From assembly GCA_964016885.1 (NCBI GenBank), contig OZ024743.1:306280001-306344000 (forward strand): 64,000 nucleotides of DNA, read 5' to 3'. The position numbers and the translations under genes are program-made. Shown one piece after another: positions 42,283-57,154 of the stretch (position 1 is its first letter; every line of letters begins with the position of its first letter). The DNA comes from Eledone cirrhosa. Lineage: Eukaryota. The notes under the pieces are model-generated. The model saw only the letters and a list, made by a program, of their open reading frames with translations, searched no databases and had not been told where the DNA came from.

Positions 42283-42824
42283 GGACACATATACACACTT
42301 ACACACAGACACAATTATTAACTCAGCTTTCAGAAATACGGAATGTTAGAATTGGAGGGGGAGAGAATGAGGGAGGAAAGGACGAGAGAGAAAAGGTTGG
42401 GGTATAGCATGAGAAGGAGAAGGAGAGGAGGAGGAGGTAGGGTGTGGAGATGGGGGTGGAGGGGGCGGAGGATAGAGATAGAAACAGGAGAATGATACAA
42501 CTATCATCTGTCAAATGTGCAACTATGCATCAAACATACTGTGTGGGAGTGAGGGGAGTGGGGCTGAGGTTGTGTGTGTGTGTGTATGTGTGTGTGAGTG
42601 AGTAAGTGAATGTGAGTGTGTATGTGTGTGTGTGAGTGAGTAAGTGAATGTGAATGTGTGTGTCTTCGTATGTATGTATCTACTAGTATCCCGTATATAT
42701 ATATATATATGTGTGTATGTGAGAGTGAGATGGAGTGTGTGTGTGAGAGATAGAGATAGTGTGTGTGTTTGTATGTTTTTAAATGTGTGTGTGTCTTCGT
42801 AATATATGTATCTACTACTATTCC

Positions 42825-42945
<121 letters not shown>

Positions 42946-44381
42946 GGTATAAGATAAAGTGTGTGTGTGAGAGTGACATATATAGAGTGTGTGTGTGTCT
43001 GTGTGTGTGTTTTATGTTAGTGTATATTTAAATGTGTGTGTGTCTTCACGTGTATGTGTGCGCCTATCTGCCTGCTCATATATGTATAACCATATATCCT
43101 GTATGGATTACTGTTGTGTATGTGTGCGGTTTTGTCTTCATATGTATGTGTGCGTGTGGGGTCTATTAATCCCCATTTGTGTATGTGTGTTCATATGTGT
43201 GTATGTTAGTGTGTATTACACTTCACATGTATTTGTGTGTGTATGGCATGTATTAGTCTTTACATGCATGTGTTGTTTCTGTATGTGTTATACTTTATAT
43301 GTATATTTGTGTATGCGTGTGTGTGTATCTATGAGCTCACGTCTTTACTGTTGTGTGTGTGAGCGTGTGTGTGTACGTGTGTGTGTCATCATATGTAAAT
43401 GTGTGTGTGAGTGTGTGAGTGTATGAGTGTGTGTGTATGGGCGTGTCATCAAATATATGTGTGTGTGTGAGTGGGTTCATCATATCTATATGTGTGTGTG
43501 AATGTGCGAGTGTGTGAATGTGTGAGAGTGTGAATGTGTAAGTGTGTGAATGTGTGTGTGTCATCATATGTATACGTGTGTGAAAGTGTGTGAGTGTGTG
43601 TGACGGCGTCCTCATGTGTATATGTGTGTGTGAGTGTGTGTGTGTATGTGTGTGAGTGTGTATGTGTGTGTGTGTGTGTGTATTTATCTGCTCACATCAG
43701 TCCATCCTTATATCCAATACATATTTACTGTTGTGTATGTATTGTTGATTTTTGTGCACGTATGCTTTTGTGTCGTGTGGGTGACTGTGGGTGACTGTGG
43801 TAGTAACTGTGGGGAGGGGGGTGGCTGTAGTGGGGGGGGGGGGGGGGGGGGCTACGACGGAAATCATTAACATGGCTTATCAATAGTTTATCGCTGGTAA
43901 TTTCCAGTTCCAGAGATCGAATACCTCCCCCGTCACACCGGGATGGTTATTCAATTAGAGATCGTTTAAACTGCGACACAACACAATCAGAAAATCAAAA
44001 CAACAACAAAACAACAAAAATAAACAGCAATGTCTGCAGTAACAGTGACTAAATAATAAGGATGATGATGTTGATAATGATGACGACGATGATGATGATA
44101 ATGATGATGATGATGATGTCGACGACGACGACGATGATACTGATGATGATGATGATGATGATGATAGTGGTGGTGGTGGTGTAGCGAAAAAGGAGGGGGT
44201 AGAAGAAGATAACAATAACAACAACAACAACAGTAAGTTCAACAATAAAACTGCGACAATATAAATTGCAAGAATTTCATCAACTGCAACAACAATAACA
44301 ATAGCAGCAATGATAACAGGGGCAACAATAACAACGCCAACAATATGAACAACACTAACAACAACGAGAGGGGAAAAGAGT

Positions 44382-44439
<58 letters not shown>

Positions 44440-45542
44440 CTCTAGGCTGTCAATTGAACTGCTAAAAATAGCAAACAAATCTCCCTCAAGCCATACACAA
44501 CTATCTTTAAATAAGAACACAACAAAGAATGTGATCTTATATACATTATATTTTATATATCCCTGCCTTGCTCAATCAGGGCTGGACGGGGGCTAAACAC
44601 CACCACCACTATCAACAACACTAATAACTAATTATATCAATAATTCCTGCAATAACCGGAAAAAAAAAACCCAGGGAAGCTAAATACGCCAAAGACATAT
44701 TGGAGTAAAATTGGACAGTGACGAGGTGGTGTGGGGCTGAATATCAGTGAGAGGATGTGTTGTAGTTTGTACTCTATGGATGGTGGTGGTGGTGGTGGTG
44801 GTGGTGGTGGTGGTGGTGGTGGTTGTAGGGGCAATGGAGGTGGTGGTGATGGTGGTAGTTGTGGGGGCATAGGTGGTGGTGGTGGTGGTGGTGGTGGTGG
44901 TGGTGGTGGTGGTGGTGGTGGTGGTGGTGGTGGTGGTGGTGGTGGTTGTAGGGGCAGTGGAGGTGGTGGTGATGGTGGTAGTTGTGGGGGCATAGGTGGT
45001 GGTGGTGGTGGTGGGTGTGATGGAGATGATGTTGGTGGTGGTGGTGGTGGTGGTGATGGTGGTTGACGGTATGGGAGATATGACGGCGTTGGGCAGATTC
45101 CTTTCTGAAGGTTGAGGTCATGATAATTCGGATATAGGGTATATTGGATGTGGTGGATGGCGGATGACATGCTGCGTGGAGGGGGTACAGTCTGTAAAGA
45201 AGAGTGGTGTGGGGGACGGGAAATATATTTAAAATGTCATAAACACTACGGATACAATTGAATCCATTTTATTTTCTTCATTGAATTATTTCTAGATTTA
45301 TGTCTGTCTGTTTATCGCTCTACTAAACTTATCCCCCAGCCACCCACCAAACCACCCACTTCATTTAACCAAATATGCTACTTGCACGGGGACCAGTAGA
45401 CTATATGTGAAGTGTGGCATACATACATATGTTTTCTTATATATGTATGTATGAATGTATGTATATATGTATGTATGTATTTATGTAGCTATCTGTATCT
45501 ATATCTATATGTATACTATATATCTATCTACAGATAAATATG

Positions 45543-45672
<130 letters not shown>

Positions 45673-45756
45673 ATATGCATATACGTAAACACATTCATGC
45701 ATACACACACATACAACATATATATAAAATCTCGACCGCGCCGCCAAGTGGTTTCG

Positions 45757-45820
<64 letters not shown>

Positions 45821-45877
45821 GAAAAGTATAGAAATTATTGTGAGCGTGAAGCCAACAGTATATATATATATATATAT

Positions 45878-46318
45878 ACACGATATTAAACAAATGGAAA
45901 CTATATTTATAAAACCATATTTATTTCATTATACATATTTCAGGGATACCATATTAAAAATATGGCATGCCTTCGTCAGATAAAATACAATATATAAACA
46001 GTTTTATAAATAATTTTGACGTACCATAATATAAGCGACCATTAAATTAGGAGGCTGCCTCCTAATTTAATGGTCGCTTATATTATGGTACGTCAAAATT
46101 ATTTATAAAACTGTTTATATATTGTATTTTATCTGACGAAGGCATGCCATATTTTTAATATGGTATCCCTGAAATATGTATAATGAAATAAATATGGTTT
46201 TATAAATATAGTTTCCATTTGTTTAATATCGTATATCTACTCCAAAAACTTGTCGAGTGCTTTATATCAGTTATAAAATATTTACTTGTTGTAACCCAAC
46301 AATTTTAAATAAAACTTT

Positions 46319-46322
<4 letters not shown>
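45878..46322 (+). mobile_element. family C-related fold-back element with two hammerheads (45922-45987 minus, 46125-46190 plus)
   Basis: Perfect ~175-bp arms centred on aggctgcct; tattttat-CTGACGA-agg.atgccatatt/aatatggtat.cct-GAAA-tatgta-TA-atgaaata; tail shared with 8060-8141. Confidence 0.9.
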
Positions 46323-46360
<38 letters not shown>

Positions 46361-47046
46361 TTAAACACAAGAGCAAGAATGAAGGGTTCATTCTGCTGAC
46401 ATGGCTATAAAATTGAGACTTGTTTGCATAATTGCAAACGAATCGAATGCTATTATTAATATTCGAAAAACTCAGATTACATTTATTGTATTCAGCGATG
46501 TAGAGCGAAATCCTGGTCAAGAGGTGCATGTAATCTGTTTCAGTTTCTATTTTACATCCCATAGAAAAAAACTGAAAAGGCTTACCGAGAACCCTACTCC
46601 GGACCAGGATCGAACATCAGACCAGGATCACCACCGGCCCCGATTCCTCCAAATAGGCCGCCGAGACAGCTACAAAAGCGTAATGAAAATTAATAATTAT
46701 AAACCTAATTTCAAAATCAAAGTTTAAAAGATGTGGTGTCGTTCATGGCTTTCCTAGTGCTATTAGTAATATTTAGGGTCGACTTGTCAATTTTCTGACT
46801 CTTTGGTAAGAACCTTATTATTCCTATGTGTGTTTAACAACTTTAATTTGAATTAAAAATTCAAAATATTTTTATTAGAGAAGGTAAGATATTTTTCTGC
46901 AAAAATCTGATTGCACTGTTTTGTTTCCATTTATGTATTTTTTGAAAATGTTATTCATTCATTATAAAAATTAAATGGTTCCATTGTATATGTAGGTGGG
47001 CCCCCTTCATCTCCTGGCACCCAATATTTTTAGACCCAGTCCGCCG

Positions 47047-47165
<119 letters not shown>

Positions 47166-47171
47166 GAGAGA

Positions 47172-48023
47172 GAGAGAATTTAGTATATCTACTAACATAT
47201 GCGTACAGATGTACGCTAATGCCAGCAAATACACAGGTTATGTCATAGTACCTAGGTGGTTCAATGCAGGAGGATGCAGAACAATAATATAAAAGACGTA
47301 AAATAAGAAAATTTTTAAAAATTAACTTACTTACTAAAATTTTCACTCCAACTAATTAGTTTCTGCAATGGGATAAAGACAGTTACGTAATAAACTGTCG
47401 AGAATTCATTGCGTCATCAGGGAGTCTATTCTCAGCTAAGTCTCCAGGCAATGCGCGGACACTTGGGACTCATATAAAAATAATAATAATTCGGTAAATG
47501 GAACAGCTAGCGGGGACTGGATTCCATGTACTGAAAATCTCGCTGTCACTGGTCAAATGGCAGATTCTAAAGAATCAATCACGTGACACAGAGGCTAGTC
47601 GGTAGGAGTGGGATGGTAAGATGACAGAAGCCTACTAACACACCAAAAAATTAGTAGTGGTTTTGGTAGGTTTGCTCGACAAATAAGTAATTTGGAGATA
47701 AATATAGAGAATTTAGTATATCTACTAACATATGCGTACAGATGTACGCTAATGCCAGCAAATACACAGGTTATGTCATAGTACCTAGGTGGTTCAATGC
47801 AGGAGGATGCAGAACCGAATTATTATTATTTTTATATGAGTCCCCAGTGTCCGCGCATTGCCTGGAGACTTAGCTGAGAATAGACTCCCTGATGACGCAA
47901 TGAATTCTCGACAGTTTATTACGTAACTGTCTTTATCCCATTGCAGAAACTAATTAGTTGGAGTGAAAGTAAGTAAGTTAATTTTTTAAAATTTTCTTAT
48001 TTTACGTCTTTTATATTATTGTT
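47172..48023. mobile_element. family D composite: full minus copy (47172-47495), spacer, repeated tail (47706-47815), inverted head (47815-48023); hammerheads 47345-47425 minus and 47884-47964 plus
   Basis: actcc-CTGATGA-c-gcaatg..gacagtt/aactgtc..cattgc-a-GAAA-ctaattag-TT-ggagt. Confidence 0.88.
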
Positions 48024-48249
48024 TGCCCGCTCACGTCATTGTTGTTTCCTCTTTGCATTCTAGTAGTGGTTCAGGTTGATATGATATGTCAGTGGGTGAA
48101 ATGCTGGTGACAGGTACAGCATAGTAACGGAGCCTGTCCGTCTGTGTGTTTATTATATGCCGGTAGGCGGGCGAAATGTACAATAACATTCATTCGCTCG
48201 TTTGTTATCGCGTGTGTGCAGACGTTCGGGTTAAACCAGCAACTGCGAT

Positions 48250-48745
48250 TCACTTCATTTGGATCTATTATCGATCTGCAGAGACAGTCGTTTTATCCAA
48301 AGTGCTTCCATAATCTTTAGAGTACCAATGTTGCATTCTGTTGCTAGCACTGTGACAGTGGGTTTTCCGTCCTTGTTTCTGCATTTGGTGATTTTCGAAA
48401 ATACGAGGTTCTAGTGCTGACGTGCTCCTTGATTCGTATGTGCACCTGTCGAATAGTGCTGTCGATGTAAAGATATTTGCAGTTCTAACATTCGATCTTA
48501 TAAACGACCTATATGCGCAAGCAACAGTGTATGTGACGTATCTTAGCGTTGTTAGGAAGTGCAGACTTGAAGTGTACGAACGGGACCCTGCAGGTCACCT
48601 AAAAGTCTATCTTGACCGTTCCGTGTTCCGTGATGTTTAGTGAAAAGTCAAGGAGGGCAAGGGAACCGTCGTCACTAGGGTGCTCGTTGCTAAAATCGAT
48701 ATTCTTATCCGAATTATTGAACACCATAAATCCCATTAGCCGTCT
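48250..48745 (-). pseudogene. decayed, internally deleted PLE (RT thumb + GIY-YIG)
   Basis: FNNSDKNIDFSNEHPSDDGSLALLDF; FVHFKSALP; VVYKIEC*NCKYLYIDSTIRQVHIRIKEH; LKIMEALWIK (manual translation). Confidence 0.8.
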
Positions 48746-49359
48746 CCCGGAAAGACGTGTGTATGAGGAGAGCATCCACGTATATTGAGAAGAGGGCTGC
48801 CTGGAGGCAGCAGGTGTGGAGCGCTTTGGGTTCCAGCTTTTCCATTTATGAAAGGCTTGACCCCCCCATTGGTAGTCCTGAGGTCTGTCGGTATGTGTGG
48901 CTGAAAAAGTCGAAGTATGTGTTGTGGTTGACAACAGATATGAGCTGATGCAAGTTGTATTATTATTATTACCTTCACGCTCAAAAAAAAAAGAGCAAGA
49001 AAGAACCCCCCCCCCCCCCCCCTCAAAGTGAAAACGACCCAACCATCAATAGCCACACTCCCACAACCACCTATACCATCACTACCACCACCAACAACAA
49101 CACCACCAATACCACCACCGCCACCTTTAGCATCTACCCCATCGTCACATCCAACAACACCACACCAAACACAGAAAGCACCAACACCCCAACAGCAGGC
49201 ACAATACACAGCCATAGACACAGACAACACAAAGCTTTTAAATTACATTCAACACCACACCAACATCACAGAAACAAATTACGTACAGTCCACCAAAATT
49301 ACACCCCCACCCCCACCCCATCCACCCCTCACCCCCCACACACACACATAAAAATAATA

Positions 49360-52300
49360 GAAATCACACAAAAAAATTACATGACATTAAAAAAAATGTT
49401 CCCCACATTAATTGGAGACTACCGAGGGAACATCACCAAACGAATATTCACGGACATTCTCGTGGAGAAACCCGCCAATGGTCGGAGGGATGGATCACCC
49501 ACCCGCTTCCTAAAAAAGAGCCACAGGTAATTTTTGTACTTTTCTCCTCTCACTTGTTTTCCTCCTATCCTAGCCAATATAACTTCTCTCAGAATAGGTA
49601 GCATAATTGCAAGTGGCCTGGGGTCGTCTTGGAAGCAGGGCCACCTGCTGAACGATCTCAGGTCGCTAAACATAGATGTGGTGGCCATCAGCGAGACCAG
49701 AATCTCCGAGGCACGCGCGATCGCACCCATTTTCAGCGGCTACGAGGTGTACACATCTCCCAGCCGTCCCGGATCGGGGGGGGGGGGGGAGTAGCTCTGT
49801 TGTTCCGGAAAGTCTGGATCTCGAGATACCCAGAAGGTAAGTTGGTGGTGCTGGACGTGTTGTTGCACTATATGCTTTCAGGCTAGTGGCCGCCTATTCC
49901 CCAACAGGAGCAGGACGGCCTGAATTTTTCCGGCGTCTGGAGACCTTTCTTGGAACGTCCCGCTCTTTAGTGTTAGTGGACGACTGGAACGGGATCTTAG
50001 ATGCATGCTGGGACTGTGTGGGATCAGCAGATAGGGGAGGAGGATGTAAAAGCCTCGCAAAGCTGCTCAGACGTTTTCAACTGTCAGACAGGTACCGGAT
50101 TTCCCGATTGTGCCAATGTGGACTTGGACAAACCATATCGGGTCATCCAGATTATATCTAGATAGGGTATTTTGTAGGGAAATAGATAGGTCTAGCATAG
50201 GCTGTCGACAATTCAAAATAGTCGACTACACGGACCACAAATTCGTGATCTGTGTGGTTGACTTAGATAGGCTTCATAGACAGGGACCCGGCTACTGAAA
50301 ATTAAACGCGTCGTTAACAGCGCGCAAAGCTTACAGAGACCGGATTAGCGAATTAGTTAAGCGGGCGTTGACAGGGGCCATTGTCAATAACAAATGGTGG
50401 TTTGACCTGAAAAGAGCGATTAGAATAGAATTCATTAGGTTTAGTATGGCGTTAGTAATAGAGAAAAATAGAGCAGAAGGATATCTAGTTAGCAAATTAG
50501 ACGAGGCGCTTAGTAAAGACATCGCGACCGATGGTCTTGCGGCGAAATTGGCTCTCGACCAATTTTTCAACGCTAAGCACGAAGGCTGCGTCGTCAGAGC
50601 TAGGGTGCGTGCTCTCAGACACGAGGGGACGAAAGCCGTTCAATGGGCCCGGGTGGAGGAGGCTCGTCGTGGCAACAAACACACGATCCGGTCTTTGGCA
50701 GACCACGATGGGCGCATGCTACTCGATCCCGGGTAGATATGTGCGGCTTTTCAGCAGCACTTTGCTCAGCTGTTCGGGGGCAATGGCGGGCCGCATCGCG
50801 GAATGGACTTCAGTGCCTACCTCGACGGACTGCCGCGGCTCTCGGCCACTGAGGTGGAGTGTTGCTAAAGGCCGATAACGCCTGCTGAAGTACGGGAGGC
50901 AATGACTAGCTGCACAATGGGTAAATCGCCTGGTTTTGATGATGTGCCCTACGAACTTTACGTACATATGCCAGACATGTTCGAACATCTCTTGACGGAC
51001 GTCTACTGCGACTGACAGCAGAATGCGAGAATCCCCAGCTCTGTGAGCCGAGGAGCTGCTGAGAAAGGATCTGAACAAGGGGGATAACATAGATAATTTC
51101 AGGCCCGTAACTCTGCAAAACACAGACTTCAAGATTTTAGCTAAGGTACTAACAAAGAGGTTGGCGCTTGTCGTTGGTGGTCTGGTGGGAGAGGCGCAAA
51201 CATGCGCCATTCCAGACAGATCCACTCACGACAACTTCCACCTCATGCGATACATCGTAGAGAGGGTAGCTAGGGAACCTGGCATGGGTGGGTCCTTGAT
51301 CAATTTAGATCAGTCGAAAGCTTTCGATAGGGTAGACCATCGTTATCTGGCGGCAGTCCTAAGAGCAGCTGCCTTTGGGCCTGTCTTCAGATGCTGGATT
51401 GTTGCCATGCACAGCGACATCTGCTCTGTGGTGAGAGTGAACGGTCACCTTTCGGAACCGTTCAACATCATGTGCTCGGTCCGCTAATGATGTCCTCTCT
51501 CGTCCCTGTTGTACGTATTGACTCTCGAGCCATTACTGCACAAACTGGAGACGTTGAGGGGGTTCCCGCGCGAACTAGGATGCGGAAAAATCGTGTCAGC
51601 ATATGCACAAGACGTCACCGTAGTGGTGTCGAACGCCATGCACATCAAGGCGACCGGCACCACACTAAGAGAATACGAGGTGGTGACAGGAGCAATGATC
51701 AACCAGGAAAAATCAGTAGGCCTGCAACTCGTCACCTGGAGTGGCAGGTCCATGCCTTCCAACAGCGTCGTCGGGCGCTGGATGGACGGACCGGTTAGAT
51801 TGCTAGGGCGCTGGTTCGGTCCGGACCTCCAGGCGGACAAAGGCTGGGAGGTGACGAGCAAGGTGGCTGCTCTCACCCAGAAATAGGCCGAGAGGAAGCT
51901 ATCTCTGAAAGGTCGAGCGGAGGTGGTGAACGCGTACATCACGTCCGTGATCTACTACCACCTGACCGTCGTGCCTTGTCCTAAACCTTACTTGACTGCA
52001 CTGGAGCGTTTGCTCTTTCGCTTTTTGTGGAAGGGACGTGCTCCGATGATCAGGCGGTCCATTTGCTGTCAACACCCGCTACGCGGAGGGCTGGGCATGC
52101 CGTGGCTGATGATGAGCAGAGATGCGCTCAGGCTACCACATCTCCACCTCTTCCTCGACGGTGATCAGGTGTGGTCGCCCTTTGCTAGATACATGTTTCC
52201 CCAGCTCGTCTCCTTGACGGAGCTACAGTCCTGGGTCAAGCGAAGACCCAGAGGAATGTGGAATGTGGAGAGTGGAATGTCTTCAGGCGCTTACAGCCCT

Positions 52301-53180
52301 CGACCAGTCGGGCAATACGATCGCTGGAAACACCATCTTGGCGTTCTATAGTGGGTTAGTGGAGGGAAAGTGCGACTCTAGGCGTCGACGAAAACCAACT
52401 AGTCAATGCTCTTCGGGAGAATTTTCGGGCCGGGGTCCTTGGACAACTTCCAGAAATCCCTGGCCTTGCAAGTGCTACCGAGGAGCCTGGCCAGTTCGGG
52501 AAAACTCTACAGGCATGGAAGTGCCCTCAGCCGGGCCCGTCCGAGATGCACACAGGGCTATGAAACCGTCCTGTACGCACTCGTCCAGTGTCCGAGCATT
52601 GCTGACTTGTGGGTTTATGCCGAACACCTGCTGTCACGTGTAGAACGGATCGGGCTATCAGCTGAATCCATCGTGAGAATTGCCCCGCCGCCTTTCTTTA
52701 GCTGAGAATGGCAGGCAGTTTTTATCTGCCTGGTGGCCATGGTAAAAGAGATCGTATGGTGGACACGTCGGAAAGGGTTGAAGAGAGGTACTTTCCTCTT
52801 TGGTCACGCATTAACTTTTTTTTCAGGTTTCACCTGAAAAGGAAAATCAGGGTGGAGAAGGAAGTGCTGACTTCCAGCCAGTTTGTTGAAAGGTGGGTGA
52901 GAGAGGCAAGAATGGCCCGTGTGAATGGGCCTACCCTGAGCGTGTGCCTGGAAGAGGGCATTTGCCCTAGCGGTCAGGGTAACCGTGGCTTTTCTTGTGG
53001 GCTTTCTCCACGAGCGACCCTCGGCGGTCTCTCCCCTATTGGGGAATTTTTTAATTGTTTTCCTTTTTTTGTCACATACTCTGTTTTTGTTATTTTTTAC
53101 ACGCAGAAATGCCTATTTGTAGTGTCCTGTGTTGTCCTTAATGTTATACTTTGTGTCAACCCTTGTGGTTAATAAAAAAA
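49360..53180 (+). pseudogene. Tx1/L1-clade LINE, ORF2 (APE, RT, zinc finger) full-length but disrupted
   Basis: IDVVAISETR, WTWTN..YLDR, YTDHK, GPGY*KLNAS, DFKILAKVL, LDQSKAFDRVDH, LYVLTLEPLL, ETVLYALVQCP; AATAAA/polyA at 53171. Confidence 0.92.
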
Positions 53181-53196
53181 GTATCATTATTATTAG

Positions 53197-55902
53197 AAGA
53201 AGAAGAGGCGTTTAGAACGGGCACCGCAACCGACTTGCTTGCCGCAAGATTGGCACTCGATCAATTCTTCAATGCAAAGCACGAAGGCTGCGTTGTCAGA
53301 GCTATAGCGCGTGCTCTGAGATAAGAGGGGACAAAAGCTGTTCAATGTGCCCGGGTGGTGGAGGCGCGACGTGGCAACGAAGCCACAATTCAATCCTTGC
53401 CTGACCAAAAGAGGCACATGTTACTCGAACCCAAGCAGGGGTGTGAGGCTTTTCAGTAGCACTTTGCTCAACTGTTTGTGAGCAGCGGCGGGCCAGATCG
53501 AAGTATGAACTTCAGTGCATACCTCCAGGGACTGCCGCAGCTCTCGACGACCGCAGTGCAGTATTGCGAAAATCCGATAATACGGAAAGCGATGTCTGAC
53601 TGCCCGAGGGGTAAATCGCCAGGTTTGGATGGTCTACTCTACTAGCTTTATGCATACATACCAGACTTGTTCGGTGACATTTTGGCAGACGTCTACTGCA
53701 ACTGGCAGCAGAACGGGAGCATTCCCAGTTTTGTGAGCCGGGGAGTGGTGGCCTGTTGAGAAAAGACCCGAACAAGGGGGACGTTATAGACAACATCAGG
53801 CCCATAACTATGTTAAACAAAGATTTCAAGATGTTGGCCAAGGTGTTAGCAACGAGATTGGCGCTTGTCGTCGGTAATCTGGTAAGAGAGGGGCAGACAT
53901 GCGCCATTCCAGACAGATCCATCCACGACAACCTCCACCTCATGAGATACATCATAGAGAGGGTGGTTAAGGAACCTGGCACGGGTAGGACCCTGATCAA
54001 CTTAGATCAATCTAAGGCATTTGATAGGGTCGACCATCGGTACCTGGCAGTGGTCCTCGAGGCGGCCGGTTTCGGGCCCATTTACAGGGGTTGGATCGCT
54101 GTTCAGTTGTGAAGGTGAACGGTCATCTGTCACAGCCGTTCAGAATCATGTGCTCGGTCCGTCAGGGTTGTCCCCTCTTGTCACTCTTGTATGTATTGGC
54201 CCTAGAGCCGTTACTGCACAAATTGGAGGCGATGAGAGACGTCCAGGCGAACTAGGATGTGGGTGATGCGTATCGGCTTAAGCCGACGACGTCACCGTGG
54301 TGGTGTCAAGCGTCGGACATGTCCAGATGTTCGGCACCGCTCTCAAGGAATATGAAGCAGTGACAGGAAGGACAAAGTTAAACCAGGAAAAGTCGGTGGG
54401 CTTGCAGCTCGGCACCTGGAGAGGCAAGTCCATGCCGCCCGACAGCGTCGCGGGGTGCTGGACGGAAGGACTGGTTAAATTGCTCGGGTTCGGTCCGGAC
54501 CTCCAGATGGAGAAAAGCTGGAGCGAAGTGACGAACAGGGTGGCCTCTCTCACCCAGAAATGGGCCGAGAGGAAGCTGTGCCTGAACGGTCGGGCAGAGG
54601 TGGCGAATGCGTTCATCACATCCGTCATCTGCTACCGCATAACCGTCGTGCCTTGCCCCGGCCCAACTATGACAAAAATGGAGCTCCTCCTCTTCCGTTT
54701 TTTATGGAAGGGACGTGCTCCCATGGTCAGATGATCCTTCTGCTCTTAACACCCGTTGCGTGGAGGGCTGGGCATGTCGTGGCTGATGATGCGCAAACGT
54801 GCGCTCAGGCTGCGACATCTCTGGTTCTTCCTTGGCGGTGAACAGGTGTGGTCACCGTTTGCCAGACGTGTTTTTCCCCAGCTCGTCTCATTAACAGAGC
54901 TGCAGTCCTGGATCAGGAAAAGACCGAGGGATACTGCTTGGAAGCTGGAATGTCTCCAAGCGCTCACAGCCTTCTACCAGCTGGGCACTAGTATTGGTAG
55001 AACATCCACCTCGGCGTTCTATAGAGGACTAGTGGAGGGGAAGTGTGACGACGTCCTCGGGGAGACCCTGGGCGTCGAAGACGATCCACTGTTCCCTCTC
55101 TTCAAGAGAACTTTCAGCCCGAGGCCTATGGGCAACTTCCAGAAATCGCTGGCCTGGCAGTGCTACCGGGGAGCGTTGCCGGTTCGAGATAAGCTCTACA
55201 GGCAGGTAAGTGCCGTCAGCCGGACCTGTCCGAGATGCGCGCAGAGCGACGAAACCGTTGCGCATGCACTCGTTCAGTGTCCGAGCATTGCTGACTTGTG
55301 CAGCTATGTCGAACATTTGCTGTCACGTGTAGGGCGGATCCGGTTATCGACTAAGTCCATTGTGCAGATAGCCCCGCCATCCTCCTTTAAAGAGGAGGAA
55401 GGGCAGGCAGTTTTCATCTGTCTGGTGGCCATGGCGAAAGAGATTGTATGGTGGACAAGGTTGAAAGGATTGAAGACGGACACTTTCCTCTTCAGCGAAT
55501 CCCTAATTAACTTTTTCAAATTTCACTTGAATTGGAAAATCAGGGTGGAGAGGCAAGTGTTGTCTTCTAGTAAGTTTGTTGAAAGGTGGGTGAAAGTGGC
55601 GAGTCTGGTCCGAGAGAACGGGCCCGCACTGAGTATGCACCTGTAGACTGAGGAGTGCAAAACTGAGAGAGGGTGCTTGCCCTGGTGGTCAGGGTGGCCA
55701 TGGTCTTTTGTGTGGTTTTCGCCACGAGTGACCCTCGGAAGTTTCCCCCCTACTGGGGAATTTTTGTTGTTTGAATTTTTTTATTTGTTTTTACACATTT
55801 CTGTCTTGTTATAACCTTTTTACACGGCCAAACCCCACTTTGTACCGTACTGTGCCGTCTGTAATGTTTTCTTCATGTTAGGCCTTGTGGCCAATAAAGA
55901 AA
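53197..55902 (+). pseudogene. second Tx1/L1-clade LINE, 5'-truncated, directly downstream of the first
   Basis: RPITMLNKDFKMLAKVL, LDQSKAFDRVDH, SVRQGCPL, ADDVT, CPRCAQSDETVAHALVQCP; AATAAA at 55893. Confidence 0.92.
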
Positions 55903-55904
55903 CC

Positions 55905-56212
55905 ATCCACCGAGGTTAACTTTGCCTTTCATCCTTACGGGGTCGATAAAATAAAGTACCAGTAATGCACTGGGTATTTGCTGGCCTTGTGCCGAAAGTA
56001 GAAACAATTATTATCAAGCATTGGCAATATCGGTAGAGGGTCGGACGCCATGCTTTGACGCATAGAGTTACGGTCCTTGCCATTCTGAGTTCAAATCCCG
56101 CCGAGGTTAACTTTGCCTTTCATCCTTACGGGGTCGATAAAATAAAGTACCAGTAATGCACTGGGTAAATGCTGGCCTTGTGCCAAAAGTAGAAACAATT
56201 ATTATCAAGCAT
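55905..56212 (+). mobile_element. two tandem SINE family 1 copies (first lacks its 5' part)
   Basis: cgaggttaactttgcctttcatccttacggggtcgataaaataaagtaccag occurs twice; ttattatcaagcat is duplicated. Confidence 0.88.
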
Positions 56213-56344
56213 GTCACAGTGAAATATATTGAATCTGGATGCTCATATTACTTCATTTGTGCATCGACACATGCAAATCACTCTTATATATATATGAGTG
56301 TGTGTGTGTGTGTGCGTGTGTGTGCGTGCATATATGGGTGCGTA

Positions 56345-56418
<74 letters not shown>

Positions 56419-56545
56419 GGAGATAAGCGTATGAGATTGTATTTATATACACACACTTACATGTATAAATTCATATAGCTAACACACAAACATGTACATA
56501 TGTACATGTATGTGTGTGCATGTGTGTGCATGTACGTGTGTGTGC

Positions 56546-56583
<38 letters not shown>

Positions 56584-56692
56584 ATGTGTGTGTGTGCATG
56601 TGTGTGTGTGTGTGCATGTGTGTGTGTGTGTGCATGTGTGTGTGTGTGTGTGTGCGCGCATGTGTGGGTGTGTGCATGTGTATATGTGTGTG

Positions 56693-56744
<52 letters not shown>

Positions 56745-56782
56745 TGTGCATGTGTGTGTGTGCATGTGTGTGTGTGTGTGCA

Positions 56783-56816
<34 letters not shown>

Positions 56817-56846
56817 TGTGGGTGTGTGCATGTGTATATGTGTGTG

Positions 56847-56909
<63 letters not shown>

Positions 56910-57098
56910 ATGTGTGTGTGTGTGTGTGTACTCCAAATTCTTCTTGTAGTTTATATGAAATAAGTCTTTGATGTAGTTCTGTAAATTCTATTTCGAAAGA
57001 GGAATTGGCTGTCTTCATTGTTTCACTTGTATTGTTGTTGTTGTTGATGATGGTGTTTATGATGATGATGATGATGGTGATGGTGATGATGATGATGT

Positions 57099-57154
<56 letters not shown>

